DNA of 61,755 nt, counting the filler, from Choristocarpus tenellus KU-1152 (lineage: Eukaryota > Protista > Phaeophyceae), in assembly GCA_964200185.2 (NCBI GenBank). It is 11 parts of 11 records of this genome, joined end to end, with 100 filler letters (N's around TTAATTAATTAA, not from the genome) between each part and the next. Parts side by side here need not be neighbours in the genome. Positions count along the whole stretch, not along the records: positions 37,109 to 47,094 come from CAXNAD020003225.1; positions 47,195 to 49,770 come from CAXNAD020026614.1; positions 49,871 to 57,762 come from CAXNAD020005434.1; 8 more parts are not named here. One strand, written 5' to 3'. Below are positions 38,082 through 51,612 of this stretch, piece by piece. Every line of letters starts with the position of its first letter. Position 1 is the stretch's first letter. The translations under genes were made by a program, and so were the position numbers. A model generated the notes under the pieces. It was not told the DNA's origin. It did not search any database and worked only from the letters and a program-made list of their open reading frames with translations.

Positions 38082-41000
38082 CTGTGTTGAATTCTTTTTC
38101 CCGTAAGCGCACCCGTAGAGGCAGCTCCCACAGTCTACACAACCCTTTGCATTCCTGGGAATTGGTTTGGGCTTCAGCCCACACCTCTCAGCCCCCTCCC
38201 ATAGCTTCCTGTTGTGTTGATTCACCTCCAGCGATGGATCCGCTGATGGGCAACCTGGAGCTTTGTGTGAGTGATCAATATTCACCTTGTATTTCATGCA
38301 GCAAAAGAGGATCAGGGAGGAGGGGTCAAGAGTGCCAGTTATTGGGCTTGGGAGATTGGGGGGCTGAGGGATTGTAGCTGGGGTGAAATGTGCAGTTGGG
38401 CTGGTGAAGGGGGAGGAGTAGACTTGAGGAGTGGGTCAATATTAGCATTTGAATATTGGGATGGGCAGGGTTCTTGATAGTAAGTACTTTTCTGCTTTCT
38501 CACAACCCTACAAAGTGTGAACATTTCTATAAAATGGCCATCATTTTTCAAAGACACATTATTTCAAGGAGAAACAAACATGTGGAAGATGATACTCACT
38601 CCAAGGCGGCTGCTAACTGCATCCAGGGCTTCATCGAAGGCACCTCCAGCATCAAAGCTCTTCAGTCTCAAGCGATTCACCCACTCTGCCCTAACATGCC
38701 TAGTGTAGGCGATAAGGTGGGACAGGGGGTAGGGGTTGGGGGTTGGGGAATGTATATAGTCTGGCATTGGAGAATTATTTAGCATCTGGTTGCTAATCTA
38801 CAGTAATTGTCTTCAGAACTCCTACAATGGATGTCACACATGCACCAAATGCTTAACCAGTTGTTGACTAGCAATATTTTTTCATTGTCCCCATCTTATA
38901 ATTTTTGGATGGTGCTTAATCCTTCAAATTTTGGCCACTGGGTTAAGGGGATATGACTGTCAAACAAGTTTCACTCATAAACATTAAAATAAACCAAAGA
39001 TAAGGTCAATGGATGCCAATCATCATCCTAATGACAGTATAGTGTTGGCTGAGTAAGTAACCACATATTGCATTGGAGTTGAATGTGGTTGGGAACTAGT
39101 TGAGGTGAGAGACGGAATGCAGAACTGTAGGACTGAGTAGGTTTGCCTTGAGACACTATATTTTGGACCCGTTGCAATATTGTGGTTGTGGGGGGCAGAA
39201 CCAATCTTCCATGTTTCTTCAGTGCATTAACAGATGAAGACCAAGACCAACCCCTACAGCTACTTGTAATGAGCTGGAACATTTCTGACTCCAACAGAGA
39301 CACACGCAAGAAAGGTAGACCTCAGGAACGCTCACAAATTCCCTAGGTGCAATGCTATTAATTATTGTTTGTCATCCACACCTCAACACACACACATGTT
39401 GGTTTTTTTCTTTGTACTACATAGTACAATAGTAGTTTTGGATCAAGCTCTACAAGGCAAATGATATCTCAAGGTTAACCTTAAGCATTGGGAGTATTTC
39501 CCATCATCTAAAAAACTTCAACAAAAAAAAGTTTAAGAAAAAGAGACGAAAGGAAACCACAAAGGTGATTCCCTAACCCTAACCTTGACAGCAACTGTCG
39601 GTCCTCCCCATGTTTAGCTTCTTATCCAAACCCTACTCTTACAGACCCAAAGTATCTGAGGGGGGGGGGTCTACACCAGGGTGTCCATTTGGGCCAAAAT
39701 CAGGAAAAGTGTAATTTCATTGTCCATCTGACGTACGCAACCAAATCACCCAAAAATCGCAATGTGAAATAATTGACCCCAAATAGACAGCCACCACCAA
39801 CCAACAGATACTTTGAGCCACCCCTAGTACTGATACTTGCCTTCTGTGGGAAGCAACGATTTCAACCTAGAGTTTGGCAGAGAATAACACAACCTCGATT
39901 GCAAACGCACAAGCTACAATGATTATACAAACACACCTCATCGGCAGGCATCAATGAAGTCATGATCATGTAAGAACCTTTCACACAACATCAATGATAA
40001 TATATGTAGTTTGTCAGCCATTCTGCACTACACACCATGATATTATATACTCCACAATAATTATATGGAGTACGATCATAACCTCTTTCCAGTCCTAATG
40101 TCATCTTTTCAGTGGAGAAAACTGAATGAACGTACACGGTTTCCGATAGTAACCCTAACCCTAACCCTAATGCGTACTGCTAGTTGTCAATTACGTCTGG
40201 AACTAACCCTAACCCTAACCCTAACCCTAACCCTAACCATTCAGTATGCTGGAAACAACTGTCAATGACGACGGGTGGCAGCAATATCAGGAAATAAAAT
40301 AAAAAGTTCAAAATGGAAACTTGGTCATAAAAAACGCAATGCCTCTCTGACGCACAAATCCTCAAGCATGCTCTCACGTGCAAAAAAAAAAGGAGTACCC
40401 CTAAGGTTTAGGAATATCCTTCGACTATTGCCTAAAGAGCAGATGTTGTTTTAATGGCAGAACCAGTACTTTGTCGTTGCATACTTGAAGACAGCATGGA
40501 TAAGACCATTGCAGAGGTTAACGTTTCTATACTGGCAACACACAGATGAACATCTGAGCGTACACAGAGATATCCCCCTCCAATAAACCTCGATGGTGGT
40601 TCTGAGCACCGCGTAATACCTCCACATGCTGAGAGTGAAAATATCTTAAGAGGGTACGAGTTTTTCCCTGTTATTCCGTTTGGGGCTTGGCTTCCGATGT
40701 TTTTTTTTTTACATTTTCCTACTCCGATATGTTTCAGAGTAGGTAAAATGTATACATTATGAAAAAGGTGTGCCTGGAACAAGAATATTGACACTTCCTA
40801 ACAAACAGGACAGCCAAAATTACATCAAAATCGCAACATTGGATTTGGCCCCCAAACGGACATGGCTCTACCCTCTAAGATACTTTGACTCTGATCTCAA
40901 AGTATCATGGACCTCAAGGATGACCTCAAACCACTGCAACTGACCCCACTCGCCTTGTGCCCCTTAGCCCTAAATCTAACCCTTGCATAAGCAAACCTTG

Positions 41001-44000
41001 GAGTGCGGAAGCTAGCACACCAATTAATTACTGTGCCTCCTCCGACACAATTTCCAGCAAGAATAACGATGCCACCGTCTTCAGTGCTAAGCACACCCTG
41101 TAAGGAACAGGCATGAATCATTTTTAAAGGGCTGGGGTTAAGTTCAACTAGTGAAATAGGTCTGTAGAACTGGAGTGCCTGGGGGAGGGCATGAACTGCT
41201 TGGGCTTTGAGTACTCTGCAAAATGCTGAAATTTCACTCTTGAATGGGCCTAGTGTTCCTACTGTTTTATACTTCTATTATATAAAGTACTGATTATTAC
41301 CTTCCCCACCAAACTATTGTACACGTATGTTAAGCAGTCATAAAATGTACAACTATTGCAGAATGATAACAAGTGACGAACTAGGACAATGAACAAGGAG
41401 TTTGTACATATCAAACTGCAAATCTGTATGATGTGATCATCTGTGCATTGAACCTCATAGCTTGCCAGGTGTCAGTAGATAGCAACCACAAACACACACA
41501 CAGAAGGCAACAAAGACCTACCTGCTTTTCGTATAATGTCTGAACTGCCTCCATCTCTGAAAAACCCTTGAAGTCCTCTTGCGAATATAGACCACCCTTC
41601 TCCAACACCACCACCTTCAGGCCTCCAGCAGCCAAAACACCTGCAGCGCAGCCTCCTCCTGCCCCTGAGCCTACCACCACTACATCCGCCTCCATCACCT
41701 CAAGGTAAGGGGGCACACTTGTGCCTGAGGCTGTGGCTGGCTCTGGAGTTGGCACCCCATCAGGGGATGGGGTGGTACCTTTCGGAGGCACCTGATTGGA
41801 CGCTGGCAGGGCTGTCTGCAGACACAGGTGGGGCGAGAGGGGGACCATAGTTCTGGTGATGCCTTTGGTTGATATCATTTTTTTCACATGTCAGATATTA
41901 GATATACATTTCCTTGTTATGCTTCAAAGAAGGAAGAGAGTTTAACAGAATACTGCGGCCCACTATAAGCTGCTTACTTGTAACCAGTAGAAATACAGGA
42001 AAATACATGTTATGACTTGACTGATTGAAACAGTCGCATAGGTTGTGGTGAGTGCTCTGTGAAATTTAGCTCCAATTTAATTTGTTCAAGACCATTCAGC
42101 AATGGAATGGAGGGGTTCGATTGGATTATTGCTTGTTAGCAGCACTACCTGTGCACTCTGCTAATGTGTTCTGCCAGCACCCTGTGCTGCTTGTGCATCT
42201 CATGAGTCTCTTTGTGCACTATACAATTTTTTTTATTGCAACCGAGTAAATTGAATGTTATTGAGTTGATTATATTCTAACTCCCCAACCCTTTCAGTTC
42301 ACAACACTGCACAATGCATTGGATTTTTAGCTGCCACTGCACTCTCTGCCTTTCCTCGCTTCAGGCTCAAAGTATCTGGGGGGGGGGAGGGGAGGCACCT
42401 GTCCATTTGGGGTCATTTTTTTGTTGTCGCGATTTTTGTGTGATTTGGCTGCATACATCGGATGGATAATGTAAATGCACTTTTCCTGGTTTTGGCCCAA
42501 ATGAGCACCCTGGTGTAGGTCCCCCCCCCCCAGATACATTGGGTCCTCAAGCCGGGTAAAGTTTGGAGTTTGGGCAGGATATAGGTTTTAGGATCAGGTA
42601 TATCAAGCTGCTGTCCAACCTTTACCAGCCTATACCTTCATCAGGCGTTCAAACCGGGGTTCATATCGAAGCTCAGTCCAGCTACTGTTCCTCTTCCCGC
42701 CAACATCATCTCCTCCAGGTTTTCCAGAAGATGGTAGATTTTTTGCATTGGGGTGAGCACAGAAGTAGAGTGAGCAAGCCAGAAGTTTGATGCCCTTAGA
42801 AGTAAAGAAGGAGGTGGCAAAGATAGTGGAGTCAGGGTGAATGGGGAATGGGACAATTGGAAACATGTTGACTTTTGTGTTCCTGACTTGAGTATGGAGA
42901 GCATTTGGAATCCCTACCAAAACCAAATTTTGTGTTCCATCCTCAACCCCAGGGTGGATAAATACTGCATTGAAGTACTCCAGCAGGAAGGCATAGCGCT
43001 GGCATAGGCCATGGTGAACTGATTCCCTCACCAAAAAGCGTAACAAACAAGGAGTATACTTTGTGTACAATCAGGAAAAACTAATGTACACTATTCTTTG
43101 GAAAGTTTTGCCTCCTTTTTTGCAGGATACTACCAAGGACAAAGAGCTGCGTAATAAAGTCGTTGTAACACAACACTGAAAACAAAACATCAAACGCCAT
43201 TGATATTGGTGTGTTTTTTTGTGCATTTGTATGTCCTGACCTGAAACGCCTGCCTGAATGTTGGCACCCTGGATCGGGACCACCCTCTTAATGTGGCATG
43301 ACGAGAAGAGAAGTTCTGCTTGTGGAAGGCCACTGCACGCCCTGTCAATAGCAAAGCACCAGCACGTGTGCTGAGGACAAGGAAAAGCATCCTCAGTTCT
43401 GTCAGTGGGTTCAACCAGAAGATTGGGGGTTAGGGGTAGGGGAGTAATAGTGAGTTCACCTGTTGTAGGAGGATATTGGTTAACATAGAATTGCCTATAT
43501 TCTATTAATCGTTCAAATATTTCAATAATAAATTACATAGGGTAGGTAATTGTTGAGAAGAGGGATGGGTCGGTAAGGGACAATCGCAAAACTGACCTCA
43601 CTGCCTGAGTTTGGTGGCACCACAGAATCGAGAGAGGGTGTCCCATTCCGCCCGAGCTTTAGCATCTCACCTGAAAGTTGTTCAGGTGGGACGTTTGTCT
43701 GGAAGCTCTTGGCCACCAGACCTGCAATTCCTAAGTCAGATGCTGGTCGGCCTAGTATACCCAAACACCTCTGAGCCAAGGAGCGAACATAAGCCTCCAG
43801 GGGGGGAGGCACTGGAGCTGGCGACGATTCACGGCCATAATCCTTGACCCAAAGTTTCTCGCTAAAACGAGCAATGGCCTGGAGTGATTGGGGAACCCAC
43901 ACATTTAGGAGAATCTGTACCTGGGATCCGATATTTGGCAATTGCAAAAGAATCTACTGGGTGTACTCATACAAAGATATTAAAGAGTTTGCATTACAAG

Positions 44001-44280
44001 GCTATCTGCATGAAAAACTGTCCTTGCGCAGCGACTTTACCTCCTCGATGACCAAGGAAGACCCCTCAGGCGTTGTCACCTCAAATCCAGGGAGGAGGGT
44101 CTCGCACATGGCCTCAAGCACCTTGAACTCTCGAAGGCCCAACCAGGTTACTTCCTCTGGTACGGCAAGATCATCAAGATCTTCATTGCCTGCAAGAGTC
44201 ATCGGTAGGCTCCCCAATTCCTTGGTCTTGCCCGCCCGAGATCTCCAAGACAAAAAACCATAGCATTGTAGACAAGCCAA
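38082..44280 (-). CDS. FAO: Long-chain fatty alcohol oxidase (GMC oxidoreductase), N-terminal half, at least 8 exons
   Basis: Phase-consistent exons: 44280 or 44202 to 44041 (LEAMCETLLP), 43878-43671, 43398-43241 (LFLVLSTRAGALLLTG..LRGWSRS), 42794-42636, 41815-41522 (DVVVVGSGAGGGCAAGVLA..VVVLEKG, FAD fold), 41097-40997 (ILAGNCVGGGTVINWCASFRTP), 38699-38600 (HVRAEW), 38285-38082 (IPRNAKGCVDCGSCLYGC..GKKNS). Confidence 0.92.
39644..39819 (+). mobile_element. MITE family A (in an FAO intron)
   Basis: GACCCAAAGTATCTG ... CAGATACTTTGAGCC. Confidence 0.88.
40150..40238 (+). repeat. Interstitial telomere-like (CCCTAA)n tracts
   Basis: Two tracts of about 3.5 and 6 units; similar tracts at 31329, 34298, 49571, 51776, 55388 and 56131. 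Confidence 0.85.
40633..40891 (+). mobile_element. MITE family B with TGA TSD
   Basis: tga|GAGTGAAAATATCTTAAGAGGGTA ... TACCCTCTAAGATACTTTGACTC|tga. Confidence 0.9.
42364..42545 (-). mobile_element. MITE family A, reverse orientation
   Basis: GGCTCAAAGTATCTG ... CAGATACATTGGGTC. Confidence 0.88.
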
Positions 44281-46249
44281 CTGTCATCATTGTGGTTTTG
44301 CTGACATTCTCCTCAGAAAGTATTCGTGATGATGAAGAGGGCTGGGTGTAGGATCGAACCACAAAAATTTGAAGCAGAGGCAGAGAGGCAGATGCCAAAA
44401 TGCTATATCCGAACCCTAGTAGTTCTAGTGAAAAACTATTCAAAAACGGGTGCCCTCTTGATAATTTTAATCCTTCTCCACAAACAATGTCCGTGACTCG
44501 AGCCAAGTTAAGGTTGTAAGAGGACATATTTCAACAATATCCAAATATATGAAATTAATTATGACAAGGATTAGGATTAGAGATCGACCTTGGTGCAACA
44601 GCAATCTGATGAGTACTCGTTAAAAGCAATTCATGGTTTTGAACACGGCTTGGCTATGGATTAATCGACTGAAGTCTGCGGATTGAACGACCACGACTTG
44701 CGATGCTAAAATTCTAGAGCCAAACCCTACCTCTAGTGAAGAGTTATTCGGAGACTACTACTCTCTTGCAGTCATGTAAGTGCTCTTTAAGAAGGAGGAT
44801 AGAACGGATAGGGGTGACTACAGAGCTATATCATTCGTGACACACGCTGTAAAGTTTTTATCAAGATTATTGAACCATGACTGAGAGCTTACCTGGGACG
44901 GCCCAACCGCTCCATTGTGGACATGATGTACACCCTATGTGCCCTCCAGGAGCTTGGCGGGGGAAAACATGTCCCTCTCGTCATGTGTTTTGTTCACCTA
45001 CAGATATAATATGACTCTGTTGACCACGACCTCCACTGGGCAGTGCTTGTCTCAGTAAACCGTGTTCTGCTTATGTTGCGAGTGCTGGTACCAATGTAAA
45101 ATCATTGCGTAGCGGTTTCATATACGGTTTCATGCAGTCGTAGAAGAAACAGTAATGATGTGCCATACTGTACGAGGTACGTTGAGTCAGACACAGATAG
45201 AAATGTGTCATGTGGCTCGACATAACCAGTGGCTTGGGGTGTCTCTCATGGTATGAGGAGATGACCACAAAAGGATAAAATTATTCAGTGCTTATCGAAC
45301 CATACCCTATCGGCAGTTCGGCAACAACCTTCTTAAGCGATACAATATCTAGGTAGAGGAGGCGCAACCAAATGGAGCGACGGGATGAGATGCAGGACGA
45401 GGGATAGCACTCAAAGGGATGGCCGCAGAGAGTTTCTTCCATACTAAGAAGGCATACGATGTTCTCCTTAAGAGTACTGACAGACCACTGTACCGTACAG
45501 TGATAGCACGAAAGGCAGCAATCAGAGGGCTGGAAGCAGCTGAAAAAGCACATCAATTTTATTGAATGGGTTATTCAGCTCACGATGATGGGGGCACAAC
45601 ATGTCACGTCAAATTATCCAACTTACGATGCTTGACTGTCTGAGTGATACTACTCGATCACTATGAAGTGAAGTCCTGTCTTGACCATCACCATTTTCGA
45701 TATGTACTTGAATATGTTTATGCTTAAGCGTGTTGAAAAGATATATGAGACTCATTTCCAAGAGGTGCACCTGGATATTTGGGTAGATCAAACACTGAAT
45801 ATACAAAATATTTGTGATGCTACGCCTATGCCATGACTTCACATATTTCCTGATCTGACTCATCATTCTACTATTAGGAACATGTAGGTTACTATTACTT
45901 CTATTGATATGCGTTGTGCCCAACATACCTTAAAAACACTTTAAGCGCCCATCCCTGTATAATATGCTTGCATACATAATGTAAGCAGAACACAGGTTAC
46001 TGAGACAGACCTCTACCGTCAAGGTTGTCCAATGAGTTGACACAACGATTGTAGCTTGGTGTGACAAGAGCCTGTCATAGTAACTGGTGTTACGCTTAGC
46101 TTGTTTGTGCTGGTACAAGTATAAACGCGTGTGACAGTATCATGTAGGTTGATGTTACGTTCGGCACAATGCATAATAGTAAAGCACATAGTAGTATGAT
46201 GAGTCAGATTGGTGTCGACGTCAGGTGGTACGACGATACAGACCTAGCC

Positions 46250-46900
46250 AATAAAATAATTCATGTTCAGTGTGTGTACTACCCATATAATTAGCACCAG
46301 TTCTCGCTGATGAGCCTTCATACTCGTAGGTTTCCAGAAAGTCGCTACTCCCACTACTGTGAATCCGCCCGACCATATTTATAAATGGGCATGATCAGTT
46401 AATTGCCTGCCCATTGATGGATTCAACACCAGGTCTGTTCAGGATGAAACCTGCATGTTGGTGTGCTTCTCCCCACAGTGAAAACTTTTCGTCTGGCTCT
46501 GCCAAGTAGATTTGGTCTTATGCCTGTGTCCATTTGTCCAGTATTACGCTCTGCCACTCTATTATGCTGTGGTTGGCCCAATCTTCACACCTCTTGCATA
46601 GCGTCTACTTTCACTAGCACAGCCTAAAACGTATTCCAATGCTTCTACTCGTCCCCAGGATCATGCTGCACATATCTAACACTAATCTCGCTGGTGGAAC
46701 TGCGTCTTTGTACCATCGTGCCATTCTTCCTCTTAAGCGTGTCCGTTGGCAACGATGATCATTGTGTACTCTGGTCCACAACGTGTTCGGACCTTCTTGG
46801 CCACATTGAGATAAAAAAATATGCGAGTAAATAGTAACCCTTTCCCTATTATTGGTGGGCTTGGACAAAGATTTTTTCGCCCAGATGGTACAGCCACTGG
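46250..46900 (-). mobile_element. Decayed Ty1/copia integrase remnant
   Basis: Minus-strand QPQHNRVAER (compare copia PQQNGVAER), then after a frameshift SLWGEAHQHAGFILNR (compare LWGEA..TA.Y.LNR). Confidence 0.65.
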
Positions 46901-46911
46901 ACTCAAGATGA

Positions 46912-46998
46912 GAGTGAAAGTATCTTAGAGGGTACGAGTTTTGCCCAGTTTGTCCATTTGGGACTTGGCTTCCCACAGACTTTTTATGACATTTTCCA
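46912..46998 (+). mobile_element. MITE family B, left part, interrupted by a MITE A copy
   Basis: GAGTGAAAGTATCTTAGAGGGTACGAGTTTTGCCC...GACATTTTCC then switches abruptly to the family A TIR. Confidence 0.8.
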
Positions 46999-47094
46999 GG
47001 GTCAAAGTATCTGGGGGGGGGGGGGGGGGGTGGGGGGGGGGCCGTTTTGGGGAAAAAACTTTTTTTTTGTGAAATTTTAAATCCGACAACTGGG
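46999..47094 (-). mobile_element. MITE family A, partial at contig end
   Basis: GGGTCAAAGTATCT followed by a long poly-G run; orientation is tentative. Confidence 0.7.
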
Positions 47095-47194
47095 NNNNNN
47101 NNNNNNNNNNNNNNNNNNNNNNNNNNNNNNNNNNNNNNTTAATTAATTAANNNNNNNNNNNNNNNNNNNNNNNNNNNNNNNNNNNNNNNNNNNN

Positions 47195-47239
47195 CCCCTC
47201 TCCCCCCTCCCCCTTATGGGGAAGTCGTGGCAACCGCTC

Positions 47240-47277
<38 letters not shown>

Positions 47278-49517
47278 TCGCAACAGCATGGTTGTGGAGC
47301 TGGGATTGAGAGTTGAGGCACTGAGGACAGACAGGGACGGCAACTGCCTGCTGCATGCTGTCTCCCTTGCTTTGTGGGGGGGGCACGACCGCTCTCAGGT
47401 GACCGTTGTGCTTGCACCTCTTTTAAAGACGAATGATTAATTAAGACTTGGGGGGCAGTGGGTTTCATACACACTGGTCGGGATAACAACCTTTTTTTTT
47501 TAAGTGTAATGGTTTTTCTTGAGGTATCGTAAGTATAGAGATGACACCGACATGACGTACTTACAGTCTTGCATTGATGTAACTGAAGTAACTGTAGGCC
47601 AAGAGTTACTTGCCCCCTCTTTGTGACAGGTCCTTTTCTTTTACCGATTTAATTGACTGTAGTTGATCCGGTAGACAAATCCAGAGATGCCCAAAACAAG
47701 ACAGGGGGGGGGTGGGTGGGGAGGGGGTGCGAGTGTATGTTTTTTCAAGCCTCATATGTGGTGTTTTCATTATAGTATATTTCAGCGAGAGGTTTTTACA
47801 TGTTGCCGGTAAGAGGGTTTTGTAAGTAAGTGTTGCTGGCTATATTTTATCCATATTTTTTATTTGCAGACCGCGAAAACTTGCAGGATTTTTTTTTCTT
47901 AAATGAAATAAATATATATTATGTATTTTTTCCTTGCCAACATCAAATTTAAAGATACAGATACAAATGTGTTGACAAACAAACAAACAAAAAACCCTTG
48001 AATGAGACAGGTGTTACGTGACCTCATGGTGGAAGTATTCATTGATGACAACAGCAGGGGTCCCCTGGAAGAGGTGTGGAAGGTGGCTACAAAGGAAACT
48101 GCAGCGATGGGGTCTAACCCGTACACCTTGGAAGATGACCAAGTATGTACATACTTTGCAAGATGGAAATGCTCTTTTTTTGTTGAGGGGGGAGGGGGAG
48201 AGGGGATTGGGAGTGGTGATGGTGTGAGGGATTGGAACTGATACTGTGTGTGACAACAGATGTACGGTTCATTTTTTTTTTAAATCAAATTATAATAATT
48301 ATTATTATACAGTGCTTTGAAAGTAGTGGTTGGTGGTTTTTATTTTCATCTTTTTTTTTTACGTGATGATTTTTTATTTTTGAGAGTTGTCTGTGTGCGT
48401 TTAATAAAAAGAGAATACTATATATATATTAATATTTTGTGAGAATGGGGGACAAGAAGGTGTGTGGAGTTGTGGGGTGTGAGGGTCTATCGATTGTAGT
48501 GGCGGGGTGGGGTGTGTGCGTATTTTTTTTAATTTCTCCTTTATTTTTATAATGTTGTGATCACCATTATTATTTTTCTGTAGCGGGGATAGAGTCAGGG
48601 TTAAGGTTATAGGGTTATGGACGAATTTGCGTGGAAGAGTAGAGTTTGATTGGTCGTAGATTTCACTCGGAGAGAGTTGTTGTTTTTAGCACACCTACAG
48701 TAGCATTAGAATTATTACAATTGTGTCACTTGTGTCACTTGCAGTTAGGGTATATAGTGATACGTGCAGTGATACCTGTTCCCACCTGCTGCTGATCCAT
48801 TGCCCTCTTATTTTTCCGGCTGTCTCTTAAAGGCAACGTTGTCAGGACATTAAAAAAATAACATTTTTTTTAATTAAAGTATCTAAAAATGCAATATTGG
48901 TTGATGCTCGCCGATGGAATTCGAAGCATGAAAATATATGTATGTACAAATATAAATAAAATATTTATTTATTTATTTATTTTTGTTAATATAGCCGGTC
49001 TGTCCCTCTTTTTTATTGTCGTTGTTTTTTTCTCTTTTAGCTGAGGCAGGAGTGGGATATGCTGCTTCGGGCTGCAAAAACTCCCGGTATGTTTTTTTAT
49101 ATTTTTTCTTCTTTGTCGAAGAAAATGTTCTGCATTTTTTTATTATTATCATCAAAACATTATGTATTATATTGTATCTCTTTTGTACCCTCCCATCGTA
49201 GATAGAGATAAAAAGATGTGTACGACGTTTTTTGTTTTGTTTTTCATCCATGCTTGCGCGCGGCATGGTTGTGACTCACTCTGTTGTTGTTGATTTAATG
49301 CCAGGAGAGTAATGTCACTTTACTCAACTGACACGCTCTTGGATGCCTTGTAAACGCCTTCACATACGGGAACGCCTCACCGTCTTTTAGGAGCATATCT
49401 GTCTTCCTTCCACTGCTTCGTCCTGGCAAATGCTCTCCGGCGTCCCTTGGTGGTGTATGCAGACCGATATCTTCGGGGGGTAGATGGGAACAAGTATGCA
49501 CCGTCGGACATGCTCGG
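47195..49517 (+). CDS. OTU deubiquitinase of the A20/Cezanne/TRABID (peptidase C64) type, four internal exons
   Basis: Phase-consistent exons: ..47398 (LRTDRDGNCLLHAVSLALWGGHDR, catalytic Cys motif), 48011-48142 (VLRDLM..YTLEDDQ), 49041-49086 (LRQEWDMLLRAAKTP), 49391-49517 (GAYLSSFHCFVLANALRRPLVVY). Confidence 0.9.
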
Positions 49518-49694
49518 GTGAGACAAACGCCTTCTAACCCTGCTAGTCGAAGCTCCCAGCTACAAAAGTGCTAACCCTAACCCTAACTCACTGCTTCTGT
49601 GACTTCTCGTCACTAGTAGGTGAAGGGAATTGGGTTGTCGGTTTTAAGCTCGTTGCGTACGTGTGTTTGTGTGTGTGTGTGAAGGTATGCCGTA

Positions 49695-49770
49695 GGGTCA
49701 AAGTATCTGGGGGGGGGGGGAGGGGGGGGGCTCCCTTCAAAGACGAGACCCCCCAAAACAAAACAAAAAA
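49695..49770 (+). mobile_element. MITE family A, partial at contig end
   Basis: GGGTCAAAGTATCT followed by poly-G. Confidence 0.7.
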
Positions 49771-50312
49771 NNNNNNNNNNNNNNNNNNNNNNNNNNNNNN
49801 NNNNNNNNNNNNNNTTAATTAATTAANNNNNNNNNNNNNNNNNNNNNNNNNNNNNNNNNNNNNNNNNNNNCTTCCCAACCTCCCCCCATAGTCCATCTGT
49901 GACCCTAAGGATTAGGGTGGTGTTGCTCTTGTCTAATTATTTCTATTGGCTGTATGTTTGAATGAGGCTATTCTATTGGTGGAAATACTCTTTTTTTGTA
50001 GCATGCCATTGTGTAGTAATAGGTTTTTTGTGTCATGTGTGTCATGTGTGTTGTGATTAAGAAAAACAACTTTAGTATTGTGATGTTCTGATGATACTCC
50101 ACACCACTAGATGGTATGTTGGCAAAGGCTAACCACCCCCTTAGTCATTGCTCAAGTCAGTCAACATCTTTGCATGAGTGGAATGCTTCTGGACCATAAC
50201 TGTTTCCTCGTAGGTTTGTGGAGTTGGGCACCCTTGTTGTCTGGGTATCTTTGTGGATGGATGGGTTATGTTGCTGGATGGTTGTAGAGGGTGGAAGGGA
50301 AAGAGGCGAGGT

Positions 50313-50489
50313 CTACTTAACTATTTTTACCAGTGCTTAACTACTCTTACCAGCACTTAACTATTCTTACTATTACTTGACTATTCTTACGAATGCTTGA
50401 CTATTACCAGTACTTAGCTATTCTTACCAGTACTTAATTCTTCTTACCAGTACTTAATTCTTCTTACCAGTACTTAATTCTTCTTACCC
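50313..50489 (+). repeat. Minisatellite, about 20-bp unit
   Basis: TACTTAA(C/T)T(A/C)TTCTTACCAG, about 9 copies. Confidence 0.85.
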
Positions 50490-50918
50490 AATTCCTGTCC
50501 GTATTTGTCGAAAATATCCTCTGGGGTCTAGTTCTCCTCCTCACCTTGAAATTTCTCTCTGAATTGGGTGTATGCCATTTAAGCATGTGTGATGAATTAT
50601 CAATGTACTCATGTCCTCTCTCTCTCTCTCTCTCAAGCATGCTGTGGAACTGTTGCCTCTGTGTGTGTGTGTGTTTTTTTTTTAATTCTGTGTGATATTA
50701 CACACTTCCAAGCTTCAACACGTGTATATACACATACTATGATATATATACATACTATGTTAGATATTAGTTTTTTTTCATCCCTTTTCAGTTCACATCT
50801 TTTTCAATACTTGTAGCATTCAGTTGTGAATGATCCACAGCCGTAGCCCTAACCCTATTCCTATCCAGTGAAATAGGTACAATTTATCTAGTAGCTACTA
50901 ACATACGTGTTCTTAATG

Positions 50919-51037
50919 TGTTATACTACACATTACTAATATATTTTTGTTATACTACCCATTACTAATATATTTTTGTTATACTACCCATTACTAATAT
51001 ATTTTTGTTATACTACACATTACTAATATATTTTTTG
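50919..51037 (+). repeat. Minisatellite, 29-bp unit, 4 copies
   Basis: TGTTATACTAC(A/C)CATTACTAATATATTTT repeated. Confidence 0.85.
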
Positions 51038-51124
51038 TATGAATTGACGTTCAATAATTAATTGAGATTTTTGTTTTTTGTCTTCCTATCATGATCCTGT
51101 AGCCCTAACCCTAACCACAATAGC

Positions 51125-51165
<41 letters not shown>

Positions 51166-51612
51166 CCTGAAAGTGTCTCCCTCTGACTTTTAGCCACTGA
51201 GTACCTGCTACTGTTGTTGTATGATATTGACTTCCTGAACAATCTTCATTAATTTCATTTTATATGAACTTGGGTGTGTGTCCTTGGTAATGAGAACCTT
51301 TATGTATTTCCTGGTTGTTTTTTGTTGCTGTATGTATACCTCTTTTGTGTGTTGTGTACCTCCTTCTGTCATGTCCGAAGATATTGCCAATGATCCACCA
51401 CAACCTCTTTATCCTCCTCTATTGTAGCTGTGATCATCATTACTATTTTATTTTTTTTCTACTATTGTTGCTACTATTATTATTATTATTGTTATCATTC
51501 CTTTCAACTCTCACTCCAACATTATGTTTTTTTTATAACTGATGCTTATCGTATGACCCTCTCTCTCTAATCAATTTCCCATCATCTTCTTCTCAATCTT
51601 GAATCAAAAAAG

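Noticed and set aside
32791-44280. Apparent peroxisomal cluster of PEX2 and fatty alcohol oxidase
   Set aside because: The two genes are on different contigs separated by a linker.
46307-46345. CTGATGAG...GAAA hammerhead candidate
   Set aside because: Stem II does not abut GAAA, stems I and III are unconvincing, and it lies within a copia remnant.
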